A stretch of DNA of 64,000 bases from Desulfosporosinus sp. (lineage in GTDB: Bacteria; Bacillota; Desulfitobacteriia; Desulfitobacteriales; Desulfitobacteriaceae): contig JAIMKP010000012.1 of NCBI GenBank assembly GCA_020692355.1, positions 5,724-69,723 on the forward strand. Reading direction: 5' to 3'. Under the pieces are notes generated by a model. The model was not told the DNA's origin. It made no database searches and worked only from the letters and a program-made list of their open reading frames with translations. Position numbers and translations under genes: made by a program. Each line of letters starts with the position of its first letter. Position 1 is the first letter of the stretch. This document shows positions 30,851-40,172 of this stretch, piece after piece.

Positions 30851-31270
30851 CTACTCTTTCGGAGCCGCGCGATGGCCAAGCCCTAAAGCCACTTCATCCA
30901 AATGCAAAAGCCCAACCCCGAAAAAGATCGCCACACTCAGGTGTTCATCCCTACGCGCAATCCCGATCTTCCCCCCAACATTCAAGCCAATGGCCTTAGG
31001 CATGATTTGGGTCAAGGCCTCACGGGTAGCTCCAGCCACGGCCCCCTCATCCCCATGGGTTTCTTTAATAACCCCTTCCCGTTTGGCAGCGACCACGGAG
31101 CGTTCAATGATCTTCTTGATTGCACTGACGTAATCTCCGCCATAATCCACCGCGGCTGTCTTAATCCCCTGCTTGGCAAACGCCTCCTTAAGCAGAGTTT
31201 CCTCTTCCCGGCTCTCTGTCATCGCCATCTTCAAGGCGCAAATTGCTACTCTTTTACTTTGGGCAATCAT
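30851..31270 (-). CDS. HutP-family RNA-binding antiterminator-like protein
   Basis: 139 aa. Resembles B. subtilis HutP in length and in the C-terminal G-rich region (VGLLHLDEVALGLGH). AAAGGAG SD upstream. Family call is from memory, not a search. Confidence 0.55.
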   Translation of the reverse strand: MIAQSKRVAICALKMAMTESREEETLLKEAFAKQGIKTAAVDYGGDYVSAIKKIIERSVVAAKREGVIKETHGDEGAVAGATREALTQIMPKAIGLNVGGKIGIARRDEHLSVAIFFGVGLLHLDEVALGLGHRAAPKE

Positions 31271-31313
31271 GATCAGCGCTCCTTTGAGGCCAAATTTGCT
31301 TAGGCCGAAATAC

Positions 31314-31340
31314 CAGAAAAAGACACCAAAAGGGTGTCTG
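31314..31340 (-). terminator. intrinsic terminator-like hairpin inside the leader, ~45 nt upstream of the hutP-like start
   Basis: The minus strand reads AGACACC-CTTTT-GGTGTCT followed by TTTTTCTGG. Confidence 0.45.
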
Positions 31341-31546
31341 TTTACTTATGTTTAATTTCACCATCCTTCCCATCCTACCCACTTCACGGGCTATAAAACC
31401 CGAATTTTGACAACCCGCCGTCCTACATCTTTCCCTGCCTAAAAGGAAAAGCAAAACATAAATAAAACTTGTGTGTGCCCAGCCTACGGCGCATTATCCC
31501 CCAGGATTTAACAATCTGGCGGAACAAAGAAACGATATTATAGAGA

Positions 31547-31575
31547 ATTATAGTATGTCCGGGCTGACTTTGCAA
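31547..31575 (-). promoter_or_regulatory. sigma-A-type promoter of the hutP-like/aro operon
   Basis: The minus strand reads TTGCAA-17 nt-TATAAT, immediately after the stop of the upstream gene. Confidence 0.55.
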
Positions 31576-31617
31576 CCGCAAACCGTGTTTTTCAGTCCTC
31601 GCAAAATCACTCAAAGG

Positions 31618-32049
31618 TTAGGGGCTCACCTTGACGTTCTGGGTATTCCCGTTCAGGCTCAGCACACTCGAATGCGGTTCCTTTAGATTTGCATCCCTGG
31701 GCAGGATTTGTACCCGTATGCTTTGCCCAATCCCCCGCCCATCGAGGAGAATTTCCCCTGCGCGAACCTTGATAAGCTTTTCCCCTTGACTCAAATCCGC
31801 GAGCTGCACACCGTTTTGCCAAACCTTTACCGGTGCATTGGGAACAGCCTTGAGCGAAAGGGTATACGTTTGACTCGCTTCGCTTCCCGTAGCAGGAATG
31901 TCAAGCGGCGGGTTTTCCACTTTGGCCGCCATCGCTAAGTAAAAATCTACCGGATCCTTCGCCAACCCCAGCTGCACGATCGCTAGGGCTACAGACGCTA
32001 AAATCATCATGCGGATGAGAATTTGTTCTGTCCGGCGCACATGCATCAC
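31618..32049 (-). CDS. hypothetical secreted/membrane-anchored protein
   Basis: 143-aa ORF with an N-terminal hydrophobic segment. No family recognised. Confidence 0.4.
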   Translation of the reverse strand: MMHVRRTEQILIRMMILASVALAIVQLGLAKDPVDFYLAMAAKVENPPLDIPATGSEASQTYTLSLKAVPNAPVKVWQNGVQLADLSQGEKLIKVRAGEILLDGRGIGQSIRVQILPRDANLKEPHSSVLSLNGNTQNVKVSP

Positions 32050-32081
32050 CTCGTAGAAAACTTATGCGCCAAAATGCATCC

Positions 32082-33341
32082 TCAGACCCTCGATTCTAAG
32101 TAGCGGCTAGCAGCCCGACCCGCCCGATAGCCCATGGCAAAGGCGGCCTGCAAATTATACCCTCCTGTCACCCCGTCGACATCCACCACTTCCCCCGCAA
32201 AATAAAGCCCTTCAACCTTCTTGGAAGCCAGGGTTTTGGGATCAATCTCCTTGACATCGACTCCTCCCGCAGTGACGATCGCCGCAGCCAGGGGAAGCGT
32301 TCCCAAAATGGTTAAAGGGAGGCCCCGCAAAAGACCAGCGAGCCGTCGCCGTTCTTCCTTGCTCACCTGATGCACCGCCTTATCCGGGTCAATCCCAGAA
32401 AGCTCGATGATCACAGGAATGAGAGACTTTGGCAAAAGGTCATTGAGCGCATTTTTGAACTGTTTATTGCTGAATTCCTTAAAATCCCGCTGCAGGCGAA
32501 GATCAAGCTGTTCAGGCGTGAGGGCGGGCTTCAGATTAATGTTCAGAGTCACCTTTTCGCCTCGGTTTACGGCTAACCCAGCATCCCGGCTCAAGGTTAA
32601 GATAATCGGGCCAGATACTCCGAAGTGCGTAAACAACATCTCCCCAAATTCCGTCTTCCCTCTTTTCCCGTTCAGGAATAGGCTCGCTTCCACATTGCGC
32701 AGGGAAAGCCCTTGAACATCTTTGACCCAGCCTTCCTCTGTACGCAGGGGGACGAGAGCCGGTCGTGGTGAAATAACGCAATGTCCCAAGGCCTCGGCCA
32801 AGCGGTAGCCGTCCCCAGTGGATCCTGTCCCCGGATAGGATGCCCCTCCTGTTGTGACAATGCAGGCCTGGGCCGGATACATCCGACCACCCCGGAGCCG
32901 GACGCCGGTAACTTTTCCTGCCGTCATTACAATCCCGTCAACCACCTCTTTTAACCTCACCTCGACGTGTTCCTGGTTTAGGAACCGTTCTAAGGCCTGT
33001 ACCACCGCTTCGGCATCATCTGATACGGGAAAAACACGCCCACCCCGCTCCACCTTGGTCTCGACACCATAGGCGCTGAGAAATTCGCGCAAACGCACAT
33101 TATCGAACTCTCGCAAGATCCCTTGCAGGAAGCGGCCATTGCCAGGATAGTTCCGGATAAAATCCGAGACGTGTTCTGCATTGGTAATGTTGCAGCGTCC
33201 TTTCCCGGAAATCGCGATCTTTCGTCCTAACCGCTCGTTTTTCTCGAGGAGCACAACCTCTGCCCCGGCCAGTGCTGCTTGCCCTGCGGCCATCATCCCC
33301 GCCGCTCCCCCGCCTATCACGATGAGCCGCTTATCGTTCAT
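32082..33341 (-). CDS. NAD(P)/FAD-dependent oxidoreductase, HI0933/YhiN family
   Basis: Start at MNDKRLIVIGGGAAGMMAAG (ATG 33341, AAGGGGGG SD). C-terminal GVTGGYNLQ motif is typical of the family. Confidence 0.8.
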   Translation of the reverse strand: MNDKRLIVIGGGAAGMMAAGQAALAGAEVVLLEKNERLGRKIAISGKGRCNITNAEHVSDFIRNYPGNGRFLQGILREFDNVRLREFLSAYGVETKVERGGRVFPVSDDAEAVVQALERFLNQEHVEVRLKEVVDGIVMTAGKVTGVRLRGGRMYPAQACIVTTGGASYPGTGSTGDGYRLAEALGHCVISPRPALVPLRTEEGWVKDVQGLSLRNVEASLFLNGKRGKTEFGEMLFTHFGVSGPIILTLSRDAGLAVNRGEKVTLNINLKPALTPEQLDLRLQRDFKEFSNKQFKNALNDLLPKSLIPVIIELSGIDPDKAVHQVSKEERRRLAGLLRGLPLTILGTLPLAAAIVTAGGVDVKEIDPKTLASKKVEGLYFAGEVVDVDGVTGGYNLQAAFAMGYRAGRAASRYLESRV

Positions 33342-33373
33342 GAAGAAGCCCCCCTTGCCTAGCCCAGCAACTC

Positions 33374-34402
33374 CTAGAGCAGAATGTCGTGCCGATCTGG
33401 ATCTCGGGTCGCACATGCCATACATAAGGGCGGTTCCGAGTGGTCGAAAATCTGCTTGCCACAACAGCTGCAAAAACGGGGATCGCCCTCATGCAAGAGA
33501 ATTTTCCCCTTGAGCACGCCCGCAGGAAGCGATTTCGCCTCCAGGGCCAAGGCTTTCGGCTGGCAGATTTCCACACAACGCCCACACTGTACACATTGGA
33601 GCGGTTCGAGGACAAGCTGCAAGGCCTGTCCTTTTTGGCGTTTCGTCAACGCTCCTTGCGGGCAGATCGCCGCACAGACTCCGCAGTTCGTACACGCATC
33701 AGACACCGTGAGCGCCAGAAAAGGAACTTCTAATCCTGCAACACTTTCCAGTGCTTCTGCGAGCCACATACGCGTCAGCGGAATGTTATTGCTTTGCTCG
33801 GCGGCCAAACTGGGAAGGAAACCTTCGACTTTTTTGCGCCCCAGTTCGCGCCAATTGTGCAAACCGCGCTCCTTGACCGTTTCTGGATTCTTCGGTAAAT
33901 CACGGCTCTCCGCCCCACCCTGATCCGGCTTCACCCGAATTTGGATTTCCGGGTGTTCCGGCCACTGGGCATGAATTTCTTTAAATACGGACACAGACAT
34001 CAGGCAAGCCTCTTTGTCCGGGCAATCGGCACAGCGGGCCGTCAGAAGCCTTATCTTTTTCCGGGAAGCTAACGCTAAGAGCGCCAGCCATAAATCCCGA
34101 TCCACAATGCCCAAGCAGGGAATTTCCCAGCCCTCCGGCTCTGCTGCCGGGCAATTCAAGATGATCTCCTCTGCCTGAAACAGATAGTCATGCAAGCCTT
34201 CTAGCGAGCGATCCACAACCCCGTCACTGGGGCAGACCGCCATACAGACCCCACACTCGCTGCAGCGCTCCAAATCGATTTCATGCGTCTCGGAAATCGC
34301 TTGGTGCGGGCATTTTTCCACACATTCACGGCAGGCCCGCGCAAAGGGCTTTTTTGTATTTATACAGTTATGCGGATGAAAAAGCATTTGTCCATAGGGC
34401 AT
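33374..34402 (-). CDS. 4Fe-4S dicluster domain-containing protein
   Basis: Several CxxCxxCxxxCP motifs (CSECGVCMAVCP, CTNCGVCAAICP, CVQCGRCVEIC). Confidence 0.7.
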   Translation of the reverse strand: MPYGQMLFHPHNCINTKKPFARACRECVEKCPHQAISETHEIDLERCSECGVCMAVCPSDGVVDRSLEGLHDYLFQAEEIILNCPAAEPEGWEIPCLGIVDRDLWLALLALASRKKIRLLTARCADCPDKEACLMSVSVFKEIHAQWPEHPEIQIRVKPDQGGAESRDLPKNPETVKERGLHNWRELGRKKVEGFLPSLAAEQSNNIPLTRMWLAEALESVAGLEVPFLALTVSDACTNCGVCAAICPQGALTKRQKGQALQLVLEPLQCVQCGRCVEICQPKALALEAKSLPAGVLKGKILLHEGDPRFCSCCGKQIFDHSEPPLCMACATRDPDRHDILL

Positions 34403-34458
34403 ATCATCGCATCCTTAACAGTGTTTGCCTCCAAAAAACAAGAGAAACAACGAAACTA

Positions 34459-34578
34459 TTCACCCTATCGTGAGACTCCCACTTCTACAAGTGGGAGTGG
34501 TACCTCGTACTTTGCTTCGGTGGGGGTAGACTCCCCCACCGAAGTCTCGATGTTCAACTTTAGTTGAACGAGTTCACT
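34459..34578 (-). repeat. copy C of the 120-nt three-hairpin intergenic element
   Basis: Differs from A/B only in the last ~10 nt (ttcaccctatcg vs ttcatccaatcg on the plus strand). Lies between the GntR stop and the 4Fe-4S gene start. Confidence 0.9.
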
Positions 34579-34589
34579 TAAGCGTGCAC

Positions 34590-35294
34590 CTAGAGCACGC
34601 GTAACGTATCCTCTTCCACACGCACGAGATGGCAAAGCATGCATTCACTGGCCTTTTCTGGATCGCGCGCTCTAATCGCATCCAGTATCGCCACATGCTC
34701 GACATAGAGGCGTTCCAGAATCTCTTTGGAGCTAAAGAGCTTGCTGCGGCTTATCTTTAAGGTCTGCTGCATGGTGTCTGAAATGGAATTCATAATCCGA
34801 ATCAAGATCGCATTGTGTGTAGCCCGGGTGATGGCAAAGTGAAAGCGGTGGTCGGCCACTTCCCCGATCTGGCCCGTTTCCAGATCCTGGCGCATCATTT
34901 CCAAGGCGTCGGCCATCTCTTTGAGCTCTGCTTCCCCGGCCCGCTCAGCCGCCAGGCTGACCGCCTGGGATTCCAGGATCTTGCGCACCTCCATGAGCTG
35001 AACAACTGTGTCCTTCTCCAAAGAAAGAACCCAAGCGATCGGGGCGACTACGGAGTCAATGTTCACATGCCGGATATACGTTCCTTCACCCGAACGAACC
35101 TCTACCAGCCCCATCATTTCCAAAGCACTTAGGGCCTCGCGAACCGAGGCACGGCTCACTTGCAAGCGTTCCGCGAGTTCACGTTCTGCGGGTAGGCGAT
35201 CCCCAGGCTTAAGCTTACCCGAGGAAACCAACTTGCGTAGTTGTTCTGCGATTTCTTCATATATTTTTCGCGTCTTGATCGGTTTCAGCTCCAA
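34590..35294 (-). CDS. GntR/FadR-family transcriptional regulator (LldR/PdhR-like)
   Basis: N-terminal winged HTH (LPAERELAERLQVSRASVREAL) and an FCD-type C-terminal domain. Confidence 0.85.
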   Translation of the reverse strand: MELKPIKTRKIYEEIAEQLRKLVSSGKLKPGDRLPAERELAERLQVSRASVREALSALEMMGLVEVRSGEGTYIRHVNIDSVVAPIAWVLSLEKDTVVQLMEVRKILESQAVSLAAERAGEAELKEMADALEMMRQDLETGQIGEVADHRFHFAITRATHNAILIRIMNSISDTMQQTLKISRSKLFSSKEILERLYVEHVAILDAIRARDPEKASECMLCHLVRVEEDTLRVL

Positions 35295-35442
35295 GACTGT
35301 CCCTCCCCTTCCCTGGCCTGCTGTCCAGGCCTCTTGGTTAGTCTACACATGTAGTGTATCACGGAGCATCCGCAAAATGCTAGTAGATTCTACAGTTTTC
35401 AGTAAAATATCGCAAAATATTTCACAAACTTAATGCGTAGTT

Positions 35443-36741
35443 TTAGACGCGAGGTTCGAGTTTGCCAGCCCGATACGACTCCGCCAGGATCTGGACGATA
35501 TGCACCACATCCTCCTGCAAGTCGGCATTTTCCACCCCGCTCGCCAACTGCAGACGACAAGCCGGGCAGCCCGTGGCTACGGTATCGGTATGGGTCTGGG
35601 CAATATCTTGAATCTTGCGTTCCAAAATCTGATCCGAGAGTTCGGGATGGGTGAGGCTAAACGATCCTGCCATACCGCAGCAACGCCCTGGCTCCTTCAT
35701 CTCAATGAGTTCCAGCCCCGGAATCTTTTTAAGCATCTCCCGCGGTTCGGCGTAAATCCCTTGTCCCCGGTTTAAATGACACGGGTCATGATAAGTGACT
35801 TTACGTTCCACGCGACCGAGCCCTTCTTCTTTAAATGGGACGCGATCGACCAGGAATTCAGCGATATCATAGGACTTCTCCGCCCATTTTTCCGCCAAAG
35901 CCCGCCACTTCGGCTCATCACTCAAAAGTTCGGCATAGACATGCTTCCAGGCCGAACCTCCCGAGGAACAGGCCACCACCAAGGCGTCTGCTCCCATGTT
36001 CTCAAACTCGCGCAAATTGCGTTTCGCCATGACTCTTGCTGATTCTACATCTCCATTCACAGAAGCCGGGATCCCGCAGCACCCTTGTCCGTTCGGGATA
36101 ACCACTTCGAGGCTGTTCTCGATCAGTACCTCAACCACAGCCTTTCCCATGTCGGTATAGAAATAATTGATCATACAGCCGGTAAAGAAAGCTACCCGCA
36201 TCTTCGCTGTTCCAGCCGGGCGGACGATCTCCGGCAGTTCGCTGCGCAAGGTTCTCTTCGCCAAATTAGGGAAAACCTTTGTTTGCCCCATACCCACTTC
36301 AAAGCGTAAACGGGAACCTGACTTGCGGCCAGGAATCCGCTTCAGCGCGACTCCTTGAAAAACACTCCCGACCTTCAAACCCAAATCAAAGAGGCCTTGC
36401 CGTTTCAAAGCTCCGAAAGCGATCGCTTTCGCAGAGTGTAATCCTTTTTGGCGTACCGCCTCCGCACGGGCCGCTAGAATAATCCGATCAAAACGCACCC
36501 CACACGGGCAGTTGGCATTGCATGCCATGCATGTCGTGCACAAAGAGAACCGCTCAGAAAGACCTTCCGTCATTTCCGTTTCTCCGGACAGGAGGGCCTC
36601 CACAAGGCTAATCTTTCCGCGAGCCACCCCAACTTCATGCCGGGTTTCCTTGTAGATTGGACAGACTGCCTGGCAGTTGCCGCATTTCATGCACTTGTGC
36701 AGTTCGCCTTCAATCGATGTCAATGTGCTGTAAATCCCCAC
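35443..36741 (-). CDS. (Fe-S)-binding oxidoreductase subunit, GlcF-like with two CCG domains
   Basis: Two ferredoxin CxxCxxCxxxCP motifs at the N-terminus, plus CCG repeats (GCCGIP, RCCGMAG). Confidence 0.8.
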   Translation of the reverse strand: MGIYSTLTSIEGELHKCMKCGNCQAVCPIYKETRHEVGVARGKISLVEALLSGETEMTEGLSERFSLCTTCMACNANCPCGVRFDRIILAARAEAVRQKGLHSAKAIAFGALKRQGLFDLGLKVGSVFQGVALKRIPGRKSGSRLRFEVGMGQTKVFPNLAKRTLRSELPEIVRPAGTAKMRVAFFTGCMINYFYTDMGKAVVEVLIENSLEVVIPNGQGCCGIPASVNGDVESARVMAKRNLREFENMGADALVVACSSGGSAWKHVYAELLSDEPKWRALAEKWAEKSYDIAEFLVDRVPFKEEGLGRVERKVTYHDPCHLNRGQGIYAEPREMLKKIPGLELIEMKEPGRCCGMAGSFSLTHPELSDQILERKIQDIAQTHTDTVATGCPACRLQLASGVENADLQEDVVHIVQILAESYRAGKLEPRV

Positions 36742-36773
36742 ACCTATTTCCTCCTCTGGAGCATCTTTCGGGC

Positions 36774-38165
36774 CTATTCCTTTCTTAGCACGATCTTCCC
36801 AGGGTTAAGCCGATATTCCGGATCGAGTGCTTCTTTAATACGCCTCAAGGTACGCACACCGGCCTCCCCGAACTCTAAGGGCAAATACTTGGCTTTGGCT
36901 ATGCCAATACCATGCTCCCCAGAAAGCGTACCTCCCAGAGAAATAGCAACTTGGAAAATCTCATCAACTGCTTTCTCTACGCGCGCCATTTCCTCTTTGT
37001 CCCGCTCATCCGTCAAGATCGTGGGATGCAGGTTGCCATCCCCGGCATGACCGAATGTGCCGATGAGAAGATCATACTTTTTCGCAATCTCGCGGATCGC
37101 TTTTAACATCTCAGGGATCTTACTGCGGGGAACCGTTGCATCTTCCAAAACCGTGGTTGGTTTCTTTTGCGCCAAGGCCGGTAAGGCGCTGCGGCGGGCG
37201 AACCAAATCCGCTCCCGCTCCTGCTCATCTTTAGCCACTTTGACTTCAACGGCTCCTTCTTGCTGCAGAACATCCTCCACCAGCGCGGCTTCCCGTTCTA
37301 CAACCTCCTTATACCCATCGACTTCAATCAAGAGGACAGCCTCTGCCTCTATGGGCAGGCCCGCATGCGTGAAGTTTTCCACCGTACGCAGCGTCATATT
37401 GTCCATGATTTCCAGAGTCGCCGGGATGATCCTGTTGCGAATAATGGCGGATATCGCCCGCCCTGCTTTGTCTACATCATCGAACACCCCTAAGAGGCTT
37501 TTTCTCGTTTCTGGAGCAGGAATCAACTTGACGAGAATTTCTGTGATAATCCCTAGTGTCCCCTCCGCCCCCGTAAAGAGGGCGGTAAGGTCATATCCGG
37601 TAACATTTTTTACCGTCTTTCCGCCCCATTTGATCACTTTCCCATCGGCGAGCACGAGCTTCATTCCCATCACATAGTGTTTTGTTACCCCGTATTTCAG
37701 TCCACGCAAGCCCCCTGAAGACTCAGAAACTGAGCCGCCCATGGTCGCCGTCGTCACCGTCCCAGGATCGGGGGGATAGAGAAGCCCGTGCAGAGCGACT
37801 TCATTATTCAGGTCCTGGATGATCACCCCAGGCTGAACAGTCGCTGTCAGGTTCTCCGTATCCACTTCCAGAATTCGGTTCATGTTCAAGAGAGACAGGA
37901 CAATCCCTCCCTCCAGCGGAATCGTCCCCCCGCTGAGATTCGTCCCCGAACCCCGTGGGTAAACCGGAAGCCCGTATTTCTGAGCGATGTTCAACACCTG
38001 ACTCACTTCTTCCGTCGATTTCGGAGCCACAACCACATCCGGCGTTTTCCGCCTCATCGCGGCGGTCGCATCATAGGCATAGGTTAACAAATCTTCAGTC
38101 TCGCTGAGTACATTTTTACCTCCCAGCACCTCTCTAAGTTCCCTAAGAATCGATTCTGATAACAT
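36774..38165 (-). CDS. FAD-linked oxidase, GlcD / D-lactate dehydrogenase-like
   Basis: 463 aa with an FAD-binding PCMH domain (YPRGSGTNLSGG) and a C-terminal GEHGIG motif. Confidence 0.85.
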   Translation of the reverse strand: MLSESILRELREVLGGKNVLSETEDLLTYAYDATAAMRRKTPDVVVAPKSTEEVSQVLNIAQKYGLPVYPRGSGTNLSGGTIPLEGGIVLSLLNMNRILEVDTENLTATVQPGVIIQDLNNEVALHGLLYPPDPGTVTTATMGGSVSESSGGLRGLKYGVTKHYVMGMKLVLADGKVIKWGGKTVKNVTGYDLTALFTGAEGTLGIITEILVKLIPAPETRKSLLGVFDDVDKAGRAISAIIRNRIIPATLEIMDNMTLRTVENFTHAGLPIEAEAVLLIEVDGYKEVVEREAALVEDVLQQEGAVEVKVAKDEQERERIWFARRSALPALAQKKPTTVLEDATVPRSKIPEMLKAIREIAKKYDLLIGTFGHAGDGNLHPTILTDERDKEEMARVEKAVDEIFQVAISLGGTLSGEHGIGIAKAKYLPLEFGEAGVRTLRRIKEALDPEYRLNPGKIVLRKE

Positions 38166-38242
38166 CCCATGTCCCCCTTATCTAAAACTTTCTAAAAACA
38201 TCACTATCAAAAACCACTTTTACAAGCTCTTACCGCAAACTG

Positions 38243-38707
38243 TTAGCGCAGGAACTTCTGCTCCAATTCGCCGAGGGCCTGCTGATGGGCCTGGCTCATG
38301 CGAAAGAGCAGTCGCTCCAGATCCAAGCGGTGTAGATGCACTTGATCAGGACTTAAAAACTCGATCTTGCGAAACTCCTGTCTTAAGATCAAAGGCAAAA
38401 GGTCATCCATGTTTTCCAAGCGAAGCTTCAAAACGACTGGGGCATAGGCAACATCGGCGGCCTTCCTACCTTGGGTTTCACGAACTTCATAAATATCGAG
38501 GCTTAAATCCACATCCTCAATCGTGATTCCCTGCAGCGGAAAATTGCGCAGCAAGGCGACCTGCTGTTCCCGAAACGCTTCCGCCATGTCTTCCTTTCTC
38601 TTACTGCCGAAGAAAAAGCGCCCGTTTTTCGGCTCGCCGCGAAAATCGAGCCGGATCTGCACTCGGATATGTTCTGCCAAAATCTCATCCCCAATGCGAA
38701 TTTTCAT
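38243..38707 (-). CDS. hypothetical protein
   Basis: 154-aa ORF with plausible codon usage. No family recognised. Confidence 0.4.
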   Translation of the reverse strand: MKIRIGDEILAEHIRVQIRLDFRGEPKNGRFFFGSKRKEDMAEAFREQQVALLRNFPLQGITIEDVDLSLDIYEVRETQGRKAADVAYAPVVLKLRLENMDDLLPLILRQEFRKIEFLSPDQVHLHRLDLERLLFRMSQAHQQALGELEQKFLR

Positions 38708-38832
38708 CCCTCAACCCCCGCTCTCAAACTTAAATTTTATAATTCGCCCTTTCCTGCCTTTTTCCTTCTTCCTCTGCGTGAACGATGTCGTTTGAGGACA
38801 TACTAGCCCAAACGGCACAAGGAGGATTGAAG

Positions 38833-39345
38833 ATGCTAAGAACAGTTGTGGCAGTTTTTAAAAGCCCTGTCCAAACCAAAGAAGCCGTGGAGGAGATTCA
38901 AGGGGAATCCTTGGCGAATAGCAAAATATCTGTTCTGGTACGCCATGAATATGTACGCCAGCGTAATGTCAACGAGGAAATCGCCAGTGAATTGGCCTAT
39001 TACCCTGTGGAAAAAAACCTTGATGCCTTTAATGCCTGGCTGGTTCAGGCACCTCCGCTTAATATCCCCGATTTGGGCGATGTACTCGCGGCAGGCCCGC
39101 TCGCTAATGTCTTGATGCGCCTGCCAAAAGGGGCTGGACTGGCCGATGCCCTACTCGGCTATGGGCTCACGGGGGAACGCTCCCGCCATTATGAACATGA
39201 GGTCCGGACAGGGCAGTACCTCGTTCTCATCCAGACAGAACATGAAAAAGTTAATTCTGTGGCCAATACCCTCCAGTGTTATGGAGGCAAAGACATTGAA
39301 AAGTGGAACAAGGAGTTAGATCATCCCCTATACCCTTTCCATTAA
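38833..39345 (+). CDS. general-stress-protein-like (YflT/GSP17M-like) protein
   Basis: Start at MLRTVVAVFKS, preceded by AAGGAGG. Family resemblance is from memory only. Confidence 0.45.
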   Translation: MLRTVVAVFKSPVQTKEAVEEIQGESLANSKISVLVRHEYVRQRNVNEEIASELAYYPVEKNLDAFNAWLVQAPPLNIPDLGDVLAAGPLANVLMRLPKGAGLADALLGYGLTGERSRHYEHEVRTGQYLVLIQTEHEKVNSVANTLQCYGGKDIEKWNKELDHPLYPFH

Positions 39346-39370
39346 TCCCTAACTCAAGGCTGATCAAAGT

Positions 39371-39402
39371 AGCCCCCATACCTAACACGGGTTATGGGGG
39401 CT
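39371..39402. terminator. bidirectional hairpin between convergent genes
   Basis: 10-bp stem AGCCCCCATA / TATGGGGGCT with a 12-nt loop. Confidence 0.55.
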
Positions 39403-39413
39403 TTGGCTATGGG

Positions 39414-40160
39414 CTAAGCCTTATCATCATGCCCGGCCAGCCCAACAAGCTGACGTAGAGCCTTGATTTCGGCTTTCGTCAATAGACGGAAGGCTCCCGC
39501 TTTCAAATCCCCCTCAAGGACCAGTGGCCCGTAACGTATCCTCTCCAGCCGCAGCACCGGATGGCCAATGGCGGCAAACATACGACGCACCTGGCGGTTC
39601 TTCCCTTCATGAATCGTGATCTCCAAGAGAAAGGGGGTAGGACGGATCACGCGCACTTTGGCCGGAGCCGTTTTCCCGTCCTCAAGTTCAATCCCGTGTG
39701 CTAATATTTTCAAGCGGGCAGGTGGAATCGCATGTTCCACCCACACCCGGTAGGTCTTATCCACGCCATAGCGCGGGTGAGCTAGGCGATGGGCCAGTTC
39801 CCCATCATTCGTGAGCAGCAGAAGGCCCGAGGTATCATAATCCAGCCGTCCCACCGGGTATACCCGGACTGGCAAAGCCCCGAGAAGCTGGAGCACGGTG
39901 GTGCGCCCTTGGGGATCCTGAGCGGTAGTCATCACCCCGCAGGGCTTATTTAAGAGATAATAATGCCATGCCTGACGGCCTTGAATCATGCGGCCCTCAA
40001 CCCTAATCTCATCCGTCGGCCCGACTTTCACGCCGAGCGCTTCGACCTTGATCCCGTTCACATAAACCTTGCCCTCGCGAATGAGTTCCTCTGCCCGCCG
40101 CCGAGAGGCCACGCCAGCCTGGGCTAGCACCTTCTGCAAACGGGTTCCCTCTGTTTCCAC
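39414..40160 (-). CDS. rluB: 23S rRNA pseudouridine synthase, RsuA/RluB family with S4 domain
   Basis: RLQKVLAQAGVASRR S4 motif and GRLDYDTSGLL catalytic motif. Start set to GTG 40160, 6 nt after AAGGGGG. The longest ORF runs into repeat copy D. Confidence 0.85.
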   Translation of the reverse strand: METEGTRLQKVLAQAGVASRRRAEELIREGKVYVNGIKVEALGVKVGPTDEIRVEGRMIQGRQAWHYYLLNKPCGVMTTAQDPQGRTTVLQLLGALPVRVYPVGRLDYDTSGLLLLTNDGELAHRLAHPRYGVDKTYRVWVEHAIPPARLKILAHGIELEDGKTAPAKVRVIRPTPFLLEITIHEGKNRQVRRMFAAIGHPVLRLERIRYGPLVLEGDLKAGAFRLLTKAEIKALRQLVGLAGHDDKA

Positions 40161-40172
40161 CGAAGACCCCCT

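Noticed and set aside
31340-31546. T-box or known riboswitch in the hutP-like/aro leader, and UAG-repeat HutP sites.
   Set aside because: I could find no T-box core (..GGGTGGTACCGCG..) or other riboswitch signature. Five UAG triplets in ~200 nt is close to random expectation, and they lack the regular 4-nt spacing of B. subtilis HutP sites. The leader is kept only as an unclassified leader in the findings.
35295-35442. Possible GntR/FadR operator (TGGTTAGTCTACACATGTAGTGTATCAC) upstream of the GntR gene.
   Set aside because: It contains only a short ACATGT core and imperfect arms, with no clean TNGT-N3-ACNA palindrome. The evidence is not strong enough to call.
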